From an uncultured Prevotellaceae bacterium (GTDB lineage Bacteria > Bacteroidota > Bacteroidia > Bacteroidales > Bacteroidaceae), in contig CACZDV010000009.1 in assembly GCA_902780025.1 (NCBI GenBank), positions 1,939 to 65,938 on the forward strand: a stretch of 64,000 nt of DNA, in the 5' to 3' direction. This document shows positions 20,448 through 28,616 of the stretch, one piece after another. The translations under genes were made by a program, and so were the position numbers. The first letter of the stretch is position 1; each line of letters starts with the position of its first letter. Under the pieces are notes generated by a model. The model made no database searches. It worked only from the letters and a program-made list of their open reading frames with translations, and had not been told where the DNA came from.

Positions 20448-22388
20448 TTATGCCTTTTCCCGATTCTCTGCATCGATGGCCTTAATCTTCTCGCGTACAA
20501 GGTTCATGTCGTCCTTCAACTTCTGCACCTTGCGGTTCATTTCGTCGATGAGCGAGTTTCCTTTCTTTGAGCTGACGCTGAGGAATCCAAGATTGTTCTC
20601 GTAGGTCTGGATTTCCTGCTTCATGGCTTCATACTGACGGAACAGACGGGCGCGCTCGTTGTCCAGAGCGTTTTCACCACGCTCGGCCACCTGCTTCAGG
20701 TTCTGCTTGAAGTTGTTCAGGCGTTTCTTGGCCACGCTGATGTTCAGTTCCTTATACAGTTTGTCGAGTACGGCATGGTACTCCTCGTACAACTTGTCCT
20801 TTTCGCGGAATGGTACGTGACCGATGCCCTGATACTCGGCAACCAGCGTCTGCACCGTCTCCTGCAGGTTGTCGCCTGCTTCCTCGGCTACTAACTTCAG
20901 GCGGGCAATGATGTCGCGCTTCTTCTCCAGGTTGGCATGCTCCTCGCCACGGGTGCCGGCAGTAGCGGCGTTGCGGGCCTCGAAGAACTTGTTGCAGGCT
21001 CCGAGGAACTCCTCCCACAGCTGGTCGCCCAGCTTCTTGGGCACCATACCGATGGTCTTCCACTCCTTCTGCAGGTTGATGAGCTTGTCGCCCGTCGACT
21101 TCCATTCAGTCGAATCCTGCAGGGCCTTGGCCTTCTCGATGAGGGCGCGCTTCTTCTCGGCGTTCTCCTTGAAGGTGTCCTTCAGTCCGCGGAAGTACTC
21201 AGCCTTACGTCCGAAGAAGTCGTCGCAGGCAGCGCGGAAACGCTCGAATATCTTGACGTTCATCTTCTGCGGGGCGAAGCCGATGGTCTTCCACTCCGAC
21301 TGCAGTTCGATAATCTCCTTGGTGTGACGCTCCCAGTCGCCGCTGCCCTTGTTCTCCTCGGCAGCGATGGCCTCCACCTTCTCACAGAGGGCAGTCTTCT
21401 TGGCCAGGTTCTCCTCTTCACGGGCACGGATTCCCTCGAAGTGCTGCTGGTGGCGCTTGTTGATGACCGTTGAGGCGGTCTTGAAGCGGTTCCAGATTTC
21501 TTCGCGTAGTTCCTTTGATACGGGACCAATCTCGCGGTACTCCTGGTGCAGCTTCTGCAACTGGTGGAAGGCGCTGATGACGTCCGTCTCGTCGGCCAGC
21601 TTCTCGGCAGCCTCACAGAGCTTCGTCTTCAGTTCCAGGTTCTTCTTGAAGTCATATTCACGGGCTTCGCTGTTCAACTTCAGCAGGTCGTAGAACTGCT
21701 CGACATACAGCTGATAGTTACGCCACAGTTCATTAGCCTTCTCGGCGGGCACGGCCTTAATCTCGCGCCACTCCTGCTGCAGGGCCTTGAACTCCTGGAA
21801 CGTCTTGTTGGCCTCCTCGGGCGAGGTGACCATAGCCTTTATCTTCTCAATGATTTCGAGTTTCTTCTTCAGGTTTTCCTCCTTCTCAGCCTCCTGTTCG
21901 CGGAACTGCTGCTGGCGGCGCTCCTTGATGATGCCCATCTCGGCCTTGAACACCTCCTCGTCCTCGTCAGGCATGATCTGATACTTCTCCGGATCGCCGC
22001 CGCCGTCGATGTATTCCTTCAGACGGGCTTCGCGCTCGGCAATATGGAGCTTGTAGAAGGTCGTCTTCAGATAGTCCACCTCGTCCTTCTGCGGAGCCTC
22101 CTCGCCGTGGGCAATCTCCTTCACGCGGTCCAGCACCTCTTTCTTGGTCTCATAGACCTTGCGCTCTTCCTCTTGGGGAGCTGACTCTTCTGAGACTTCT
22201 GGGACTTCTGAGTCCTCTGAGTCTTCTGAAACCTCTGGGGCTTCTAAGACTTCTGGGGCCTCTGGGGCCTCTGCGACCTCCGGGGCTTCCTGAGGCTCTT
22301 CGGGGGTTACTACTTCAGGAGCTGCTGCTGCCTGGTTTACTGTTTCTTCACTAATCCCCTGTTCGAGGATGTTTTCTTGAGAGTCCAT
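20448..22388 (-). CDS. DUF349 domain-containing coiled-coil protein
   Basis: Repeated LQ.EWK.IG..P and LW.RF..A...F units; acidic low-complexity N-terminus. Confidence 0.85.
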   Translation of the reverse strand: MDSQENILEQGISEETVNQAAAAPEVVTPEEPQEAPEVAEAPEAPEVLEAPEVSEDSEDSEVPEVSEESAPQEEERKVYETKKEVLDRVKEIAHGEEAPQKDEVDYLKTTFYKLHIAEREARLKEYIDGGGDPEKYQIMPDEDEEVFKAEMGIIKERRQQQFREQEAEKEENLKKKLEIIEKIKAMVTSPEEANKTFQEFKALQQEWREIKAVPAEKANELWRNYQLYVEQFYDLLKLNSEAREYDFKKNLELKTKLCEAAEKLADETDVISAFHQLQKLHQEYREIGPVSKELREEIWNRFKTASTVINKRHQQHFEGIRAREEENLAKKTALCEKVEAIAAEENKGSGDWERHTKEIIELQSEWKTIGFAPQKMNVKIFERFRAACDDFFGRKAEYFRGLKDTFKENAEKKRALIEKAKALQDSTEWKSTGDKLINLQKEWKTIGMVPKKLGDQLWEEFLGACNKFFEARNAATAGTRGEEHANLEKKRDIIARLKLVAEEAGDNLQETVQTLVAEYQGIGHVPFREKDKLYEEYHAVLDKLYKELNISVAKKRLNNFKQNLKQVAERGENALDNERARLFRQYEAMKQEIQTYENNLGFLSVSSKKGNSLIDEMNRKVQKLKDDMNLVREKIKAIDAENREKA

Positions 22389-22485
22389 AATTAACTGCTT
22401 TTAGTTACTGTTATGGTGAGTACACACACAATATTTAGCGTCGCATGTCAAAGGCACGTCGACGTTTTAGGCGGTAAAATTACAA

Positions 22486-22522
22486 AAAACTTCGGAGTTG
22501 CCCCCAACAACTCCGAAGTTTT
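22486..22522 (-). terminator. Terminator downstream of the virE-like gene
   Basis: AAAACTTCGGAGTTG...CAACTCCGAAGTTTT; T-tract follows on the minus strand. Confidence 0.7.
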
Positions 22523-22556
22523 CCCCACTAATTATTATTTTTTAACTATTGGGGCG

Positions 22557-24698
22557 TTACCGCTCGGCCACCAGATACCTTGTGCCGCTGTTGGTGTGGC
22601 GGCTCTCGAAACTGAACTGGCGGCTGCCTAAGATGTCACCCACCTTCTTGGGCGTGACGTTCTTCAACTGTGACTTGCCGAAGCGATGCTGTAGTTTATC
22701 AAGCACCTCGGTGGTCGATAGCCAGCGGCCCTCGTCGGGCTTCTCAGGCTTGATGAATAGCTCGGCTATCATCTCGCCCAACGAGTCAATGCGCTGGAAG
22801 CGTTCGTTCTCCGCAATCAGCCGCTCTATCTCGTCTTCGCTCAGCCAGTAGCGGCGGCCGTCGGCCACCTCTTGTTTCAGCTGGGCGTATAGCTGATGGT
22901 GGTTCAGCGTGTCGCTGAAGTCAATCATGTCCGTTATCTCCACACAGACGAAGCGGCGTGAACCCGTAGGGTCGGTCAGCGGCTTCGGCTGGTTGGTGGT
23001 GCCGATGAACGAGGCGTAGCGGCGGTACTGCTTGTAGGCCTTGCCGTAGGGTGGGCGGAACTTGACGTCAGCTGTCGATAGTAGATACTTAAGCAGCACC
23101 TGCTGATGCTGGGTCACCTTGTCGAACTCGTCGATATTGATGAGGGCAAACGAAGTCAGGCCGAGGTTCAGGTCGGTCTCGTTCCTGAACGAGATGCGGT
23201 CGTTGTAGTAGTCGCGCAGCTCGCGGGGCAGTAGGATGCGGCAGAACGAGGACTTGCCGCAGCCCTGACGGCCTGTCAGCAGCGGTATGAGTGCATTTCC
23301 TGTCAGCGAGTTACGTCCCTGCCAGTGGGCCACCATGCCGAGGAGCCAAGTGTGTAGGTACTCCTCCCAGTGGGGCTGGTTGGTGGGGACGCGTTCCGCG
23401 AGTGCCTTCACACGGTCCTGCCCGTCCCACTGCGGCAGCTGGTCGAGCCAGGTGTTCACGGGGTCGTATTTCTCGATGCGTGGCGAGTCGATGAAGCGGG
23501 CGATGTCCTTGTCCCACGACTTCAGCCCCAGCTCCTTGGCGCGGATGGTCATCTCGTTGCGGGCCTCGTCGTCCAGGTCCTGGAATTCCTCCATCTCGCC
23601 GTTCTTCTCGCGATACTGGGCCACCCCCGTCATCACGTTCTTGCGCATCTCGTAGTGGGTATGCAGGAAGATGTCCGTCTTCATCATCAGCAGTGTGTCC
23701 TCAGGCACACTACGGAGCGGCTTCAGGCGGTTGCGCTTCATGTAGTCTTCCATCTGCTGAACGGCGTAGGCACTTTCAAACGTCTTCTCCACCAGCAGCC
23801 GGTCGTGGTTCAGCACGGGGTGCAGCAGCGTCAGCCGCAGGGCGTTCTCCATCGGGATGCCCTCCTGCTGACAGCAGCCCGCAATCTGCATCAGCAACTC
23901 GCTGACGCGCTCCTCGTCGGGCAGTTCGAACCACTTGCCTAAGATGTTGGTCACGATGAAGTGGTAGTTCAGGGCGTAGGTCTGCTTCACCGACTTACCG
24001 GGCATCAGCAGGTGCTGCATCTCAAAATCGTCCTCGTGGAAACCCGGCTCCTGAACAGGCGGCTCCTCCGAACAGTCCACATAGAATGGTACGGCCTGCG
24101 GACGGTACTTCAAGTCGGGGTCGGTGCTCATGTAGACCACCCGCTCTAACAGTGGCTCCAAAGCGTCGAGCGTCAGGTCGAGCTGAGCGTTGTAAGCCTT
24201 CCGCGCCGTCTTATATAGATTAAGGTGGAACCGTCTGATGTCCTCCTCGTTCGTCGGTAGCGGCTCTTTCTGCTTACTGTCAGGATACAGTTCGCCGCGG
24301 CACACAATCTTCACGCTGCGTCCGCTGGCGCCGAGAAACGCCAACAGCGTCTGCGGCAGTCGTGCCGCCGCGTCGCGGATCTTCAATGCCTCGTCGTAGT
24401 CGGCCAGGTTGTTGGCCTCCAATACCATCAGTCCGTTATACGCCAGCTGCCGCCGTTCACCCCTCTGCTGTTGCTGTTCCACCGCAAAGCAGAGCAGGGG
24501 CAGCGTCAGCCGCAGCTTATAGTTGCTCATCATCCGTCCCACGCCATCCTTCTTGGGATGAACCAGCGGGTACAGCTCTCTTAGGCGGTGAACCTCGCCC
24601 ACATACTCACCACAGGCGATGTCCTTCACCACCTGTTCCAGTTCTACACGCGTCATGGTCTCTTTTGTGCCTTTCAGCTTCAATACGGTAATCTTCAT
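22557..24698 (-). CDS. VirE-family P-loop ATPase/helicase with BT4734-like N-terminal domain
   Basis: FLGASGRSVKI N-domain motif, Walker A GRQGCGKS, Walker B INIDEFD, ASFIGTTN, DPTGSRRF. Confidence 0.85.
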   Translation of the reverse strand: MKITVLKLKGTKETMTRVELEQVVKDIACGEYVGEVHRLRELYPLVHPKKDGVGRMMSNYKLRLTLPLLCFAVEQQQQRGERRQLAYNGLMVLEANNLADYDEALKIRDAAARLPQTLLAFLGASGRSVKIVCRGELYPDSKQKEPLPTNEEDIRRFHLNLYKTARKAYNAQLDLTLDALEPLLERVVYMSTDPDLKYRPQAVPFYVDCSEEPPVQEPGFHEDDFEMQHLLMPGKSVKQTYALNYHFIVTNILGKWFELPDEERVSELLMQIAGCCQQEGIPMENALRLTLLHPVLNHDRLLVEKTFESAYAVQQMEDYMKRNRLKPLRSVPEDTLLMMKTDIFLHTHYEMRKNVMTGVAQYREKNGEMEEFQDLDDEARNEMTIRAKELGLKSWDKDIARFIDSPRIEKYDPVNTWLDQLPQWDGQDRVKALAERVPTNQPHWEEYLHTWLLGMVAHWQGRNSLTGNALIPLLTGRQGCGKSSFCRILLPRELRDYYNDRISFRNETDLNLGLTSFALINIDEFDKVTQHQQVLLKYLLSTADVKFRPPYGKAYKQYRRYASFIGTTNQPKPLTDPTGSRRFVCVEITDMIDFSDTLNHHQLYAQLKQEVADGRRYWLSEDEIERLIAENERFQRIDSLGEMIAELFIKPEKPDEGRWLSTTEVLDKLQHRFGKSQLKNVTPKKVGDILGSRQFSFESRHTNSGTRYLVAER

Positions 24699-24727
24699 AG
24701 CTTTATGTATTTTTCAGGTTTCAACTG

Positions 24728-24759
24728 CAAAGTTACTAAAAAAAAGATGAAAAACCAAA
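24728..24759 (-). promoter_or_regulatory. Promoter of the virE-like gene
   Basis: Minus strand TTTG-N20-TAACTTTG. Confidence 0.75.
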
Positions 24760-24788
24760 CATTTTCAGAGAAATTTTATTGATTTGCG

Positions 24789-25185
24789 TTATCACTTATC
24801 ACTTTTAAGGGTTAATTGTCTCATTATTAGATAAATAAGAAGTGATAAGCACCTCTCCAGCTTGTCACTTCTTATCACCTTTTTCGGCGTTTTGAGGCTC
24901 CAAACTGGTCGAATAGTGCCACTTTGCAGGTCGAATAGTGCCACTTTGCAGGTCGAATAGTGCCACTTTTCGTTAGTCCCACCCCCTGGGACTATCCGCT
25001 ACCCGGCACCTACGAGGGCGTTACCCGGTAGGTAAAGGGGCGTTACTCGGTAGGTAGCAGGCCGAAAGGTGGCGGGTAGCGAGAAGTGACAAGAAGTGAC
25101 AAGAAGTGACAAGCTGGAGGGGTGCTTATCACTCGTTAAATAACTTACTATCAGAAAGATAACCCTTAAAAGTGATAAGTGATAA
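24789..25185. repeat. ~400-bp element with ~90-bp imperfect terminal inverted repeats and internal tandem repeats/hairpins
   Basis: TTATCACTTATCACTTTTAAGGGTTA at 24789 matches reverse complement ending 25185; second block AGTGATAAGCACC.CTCCAGCTTGTCACTTCTT also inverted; 22-bp repeat x3 at 24907-24969. Confidence 0.9.
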
Positions 25186-25232
25186 GTGGTTTCAACATTT
25201 TTTTTATGAAAAGTATTAAAAAGATAAAAACA

Positions 25233-25312
25233 TTTGGTTGTCTCCTTTTTTTGCCGTATCTTTGCATTGCGGAAATTCCGTAACGGGAATTCCGTAACGG
25301 AGATCCCGTAAT
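25233..25312 (+). promoter_or_regulatory. Outward-facing promoter followed by three 14-bp repeats
   Basis: TTTG-N20-TATCTTTG, then GGAAATTCCGTAAC / GGGAATTCCGTAAC / GGAGATCCCGTAAT. Confidence 0.7.
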
Positions 25313-25356
25313 AATTATCATACTAAAAGCAGATCTTATGGCAAAGAAAAGCAGCA

Positions 25357-25713
25357 CTACAGCGTCATATGGGCTTCTGCAAGTTTTTTCAGCCGTTTTA
25401 TCTCTTTGTCTGAAATGGTACTATGCTCAGACTTGTCGTAAATGGACAGAAGCAGTAGTTCACCTTCGCAACTGACAGTAATAACGTCCGCAGTATAAGT
25501 TATAACCCTTGCTCCGCCACTTTTGCCTTTCCCTTTCGAAGTAATAGCCATTCTAACTTTCCTTATACCATCGCCTAAATCGGCACCTGCCATTGGATTC
25601 TTCCGAAGCATTTCGAGTAATGACTTGTAATCATCGCGAAACGACGCATAGTGCTTAGAGAGACGTTTCGCTTGGCGGTCGAAAACCTCGATAGTGCTGA
25701 TTTCAAAGCTCAT
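25357..25713 (-). CDS. Type II TA toxin, RelE/HigB-like
   Basis: GADLGDGIRKVRM, GKGKSGGARVI, LLSIYDKSE. Confidence 0.85.
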   Translation of the reverse strand: MSFEISTIEVFDRQAKRLSKHYASFRDDYKSLLEMLRKNPMAGADLGDGIRKVRMAITSKGKGKSGGARVITYTADVITVSCEGELLLLSIYDKSEHSTISDKEIKRLKKLAEAHMTL

Positions 25714-25930
25714 ATAGCAACTCCTCTGCTTTTCGTGTTTTGCGGTTACCTGATTTCACTTCCTCAAGCTGTTGAAAGGCCTCCGTCAGTTCCTGACGTA
25801 TCTTTTCATCGTTCATGTCAGTGCTTGACTGTGGCTCTATTAGCTTTTCAGCCAACCATTTACGGTTGCTCGCCGTTAATGAAAGCCCCTGCAAATAGTT
25901 CCAAAGATTGTTCATCGATATTGCATTCAT
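25703..25930 (-). CDS. Putative antitoxin
   Basis: 75 aa, overlaps toxin start, C-terminus KAEELLYEL typical of addiction-module partners. Confidence 0.75.
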   Translation of the reverse strand: MNAISMNNLWNYLQGLSLTASNRKWLAEKLIEPQSSTDMNDEKIRQELTEAFQQLEEVKSGNRKTRKAEELLYEL

Positions 25931-26009
25931 TTTAAATTGGCTTTAGTAATTTGCTCGCAAAGATATACATTATTTTTCAAACCGCCAAATAAAACTTAGG
26001 AAAAACAGA

Positions 26010-26044
26010 ATCGGGAGGTGTACCTTGCGGCATCGCCTCCCGAT
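26010..26044 (-). terminator. Terminator of the truncated minus-strand gene
   Basis: ATCGGGAGG...CCTCCCGAT, followed by TCTGTTTTT on the minus strand. Confidence 0.6.
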
Positions 26045-26072
26045 AGTTTGTTAGTATACCAGAACTTGGTGT

Positions 26073-26305
26073 TTATTCTTCAGGTTCGAACTCGTCCCAA
26101 CCGTAGCCAAGGCTACCTGCTGAAACAAAGTACTGAAGAGCAAGAACTACACCATTCTTATTGGCGTTCGTATAGATGAAGCAGCCATAGTCAGGATCGA
26201 AGGCGTAGCTGTCGTCGTCCTGCCAGTAACCCAGGTCGCGGACGCTGATAGTACCGTAGTCTCCATATGTGAACGGCGTGGTCTGGGGCTCAACGCGGAA
26301 GTACT
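26073..26305 (-). pseudogene. 3' remnant of a probable SusCD-associated lipoprotein gene
   Basis: YFRVEPQTTPFTYGDYG...QYFVSAGSLGYGWDEFEPEE with host-like codons; upstream part of the ORF is the antisense of another remnant. Confidence 0.55.
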
Positions 26306-26312
26306 GCAACTC

Positions 26313-26651
26313 GTGCTGAACAGACTTTACGAGACAGAAAAAAATGTTAGGAGCGAAGCCCTGCTGAGAGAGGCCATTGCCCATATCGTCAGTCGCTATA
26401 CCGTGCAGTATGAAGAGTTGGTAACATTCCTTACCGACAACCAACTCTCACTACTCAAGGCCATTGCCAAGGAGAACTGTGTGGGAAGCCCGATGAGCAA
26501 CGAGTTTATCAAGAAGTACGACCTTCCAAGTTCCAGCAGCATCAAAACGGCACTCGACGTACTGACAGACAAGGATCTTGTCAGCCGCACCCCCAAGGGC
26601 TATGCCGTCTACGACCACTTCCTAGAGCTGTGGCTCAAGCGGCTATGCTGA
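26313..26651 (+). pseudogene. C-terminal remnant of an AAA/archaeal-type ATPase
   Basis: LTDNQLSLLKAIA...YAVYDHFLELWL parallels the C-terminus of 42950..44020 (YEIEDPFFKEWV); no Walker motifs. Confidence 0.7.
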
Positions 26652-26670
26652 CAATCCCCGCCTGACCACC

Positions 26671-26720
26671 TGAAAAATCCTGCACTTCCTGCACTGACCA
26701 TTGACTGCCAGCCAGTTACG
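26671..26720 (-). repeat. Degenerate copy of the tadA 3' end
   Basis: TGAAAAATCCTGCA...GCCAGTTACG versus tadA TGAAGAAATCCTGCA...GCCAGTTACG; follows an ATPase stop as at 44020-44060. Confidence 0.5.
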
Positions 26721-26741
26721 CGGTATGTCGGTCTCTTGCTC

Positions 26742-26828
26742 CTGCACCCCAAGACAAACGTAACTGGCGGCACCCTCGGTGAAGAGTGCCGCCAGCTGAT
26801 GCAGGACTTTTTCCGCCAGAAGCGGTAA
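26742..26828 (+). repeat. In-frame copy of the tadA 3' end (LHPKTNVTGGTLGEECRQLMQDFFRQKR*), inverted relative to tadA
   Basis: 66-bp stretch from 26741 matches tadA with one mismatch; stop at the same codon position. Confidence 0.95.
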
Positions 26829-26831
26829 ACT

Positions 26832-26869
26832 AAAAAAGCGGCATCCTTTTTTCGGGATGCCGCTTTTTT
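26832..26869. terminator. Bidirectional terminator between the tadA 3' copy and susD1
   Basis: AAAAAAGCGGCATCC...GGATGCCGCTTTTTT. Confidence 0.9.
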
Positions 26870-26878
26870 GTATGATTA

Positions 26879-28600
26879 TTACCACGCGAAAGGCTCAGAG
26901 TCTCCTGTCGGGGCAATTGGTGTCGGGTTGTTCTCAATAGCACCGTTGTAGTTAGTCTCAGTCTGGATAATGCAGAGGTTCATCCACTGCGGAGTGGTCT
27001 GTGTATTCCAGCGCATTGTCATCGGGTGGTTAGTACCCTCGTAGCTACGAATGATACCCTTCTGCAGACGCTTGATGTCGAATGTGGCGAAACCTTCACC
27101 CCAGAGCTCAACACGGCGTTGCCACCACACTTCGTTCTGGAATGCAGATGTAGCAGTGTTACCGTAAGCCTCGTTATGTGTGCCATAAGTATAGTTGGCA
27201 TCACGAGTCTTGGCAAATTCGGTCAGCAGCTGAATACCGCGAGCCTCATCCTGCATACCGGCAGCTTCAGCCTCAATCAGTTTCATCTCCTCAACACGCA
27301 TCAGGGGAACTGCTACGGTGAAAGCGGTATACTGGTTGTCGTGAACGCCATCCTTCGGACGGAACTTCACAGGCATGTAGCCCACGCTCTCCCTGGCTGA
27401 CACATTATAGCCAGTCCACCAAAGTCCTTCAGGATCGTCAGAGTAGGCAGCCAGAGCCTTCACCTGAGCTTCCTGTGTGAGCGCCTCGGTTTCTTCGTCA
27501 GAAGCACCCTCTACATAAATCTCGTCGATGGCGGGATCGATGAAGCACATGCGACGGAAGTCTGACTGCGGGATGGTGGAATAGAGGTGAGCGTCAATAC
27601 GCTTAGGACCAACATAGTTGGAAGAGTAACCGCACTCAGAGGGAACGACCTCAATAATCATCTGTGAACCCCAGCTGGAGTCAGCATCGTTCAGTGTGAT
27701 GTTGGGGTCGGTAGAGCGGTAGGTAAGTCCAAAGAGCCAAGCCTCGTTGGGCTTGTTGAAACCGCTTGTCTGAGAGAGGTATTCGTCTTTTGTCAACATG
27801 GTATAACCCTCCTGAGCCAACTTGGCGTACTTCTCAGCGTTAGCCCAGTCCTGCATGTCGAGGTAAACACGAGCTTTCAGACCGTAGACAACGCTCAGGT
27901 CGGGTGTGTACACGTCGGAACGCTTATAGTCAGCCAACAGAGGCTCAGCAGCATTCAGGTCGTCGAGAATGAACTTATAGATAACCTCGTTGGTGGCACG
28001 GGCATTGGTCTGTGACTCCTCAATCGTGGTCTTTTCGTTGATGATAGGCACGGTAGGAGCCGACTTGTCGACACCGTAAGGCTTCTGAGCGTACATACGA
28101 GCTAAATCGTGATAGAACATGGCACGCATAGTGTGAGCGATACCTGCACCCACCTTCTGTTCTTTGGTAGGTTCACCTTCTATCATGGAGAGCACGATGT
28201 TACAGTTCTTAATCCAGTTGTAGTAGTAAGACCAGGGCAGCTGGCAGCGGCCTGTTGTGGGAGCCAGTCCCGAGAAGCTACTATACCAGGTGGTGTACCA
28301 CTCTGAACCAGAATCCTCGCAGGCAATGTCCTGACCCATGACATCACGCTGCAGGAAGAATGACGGATATCCGAAGTCATAGGGGTCGGTACCGTCGTTG
28401 CCACTGTAGAAGAACTCGCCATTGAGCGACGAGGTGATGGCCGATACCAGATTGTCGTAAGCACCGCGTGCTTTCAGTACCTGCTCCTTGGTAACAGTAC
28501 TCGACTGCAGGTCGATTTCCTCAATACAGCCACAGAGGGTAGTTCCGGCCAAGGCTACGAGGGCTGTCTTTATCATTAATTTCTTCATAATTACTTTCAT
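26879..28600 (-). CDS. susD: RagB/SusD family lipoprotein (copy 1)
   Basis: Lipobox LCGC; PLMRVEEMKLIEAEA, QRRVELWGEG; start may be 28588. Confidence 0.93.
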   Translation of the reverse strand: MKVIMKKLMIKTALVALAGTTLCGCIEEIDLQSSTVTKEQVLKARGAYDNLVSAITSSLNGEFFYSGNDGTDPYDFGYPSFFLQRDVMGQDIACEDSGSEWYTTWYSSFSGLAPTTGRCQLPWSYYYNWIKNCNIVLSMIEGEPTKEQKVGAGIAHTMRAMFYHDLARMYAQKPYGVDKSAPTVPIINEKTTIEESQTNARATNEVIYKFILDDLNAAEPLLADYKRSDVYTPDLSVVYGLKARVYLDMQDWANAEKYAKLAQEGYTMLTKDEYLSQTSGFNKPNEAWLFGLTYRSTDPNITLNDADSSWGSQMIIEVVPSECGYSSNYVGPKRIDAHLYSTIPQSDFRRMCFIDPAIDEIYVEGASDEETEALTQEAQVKALAAYSDDPEGLWWTGYNVSARESVGYMPVKFRPKDGVHDNQYTAFTVAVPLMRVEEMKLIEAEAAGMQDEARGIQLLTEFAKTRDANYTYGTHNEAYGNTATSAFQNEVWWQRRVELWGEGFATFDIKRLQKGIIRSYEGTNHPMTMRWNTQTTPQWMNLCIIQTETNYNGAIENNPTPIAPTGDSEPFAW

Positions 28601-28616
28601 GCTTTTGGGTTTGACA

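Noticed and set aside
22185-22305. 9-bp repeats in the DUF349 gene
   Set aside because: In-frame low-complexity APE/VSE linker; ordinary
24907-24969. 22-bp repeats as a CRISPR array
   Set aside because: Repeats are contiguous with no spacers, and no cas genes are in the window
26073-26444. Intact 123-aa gene
   Set aside because: The N-terminal part is the antisense of the ATPase remnant; treated as a fused fragment
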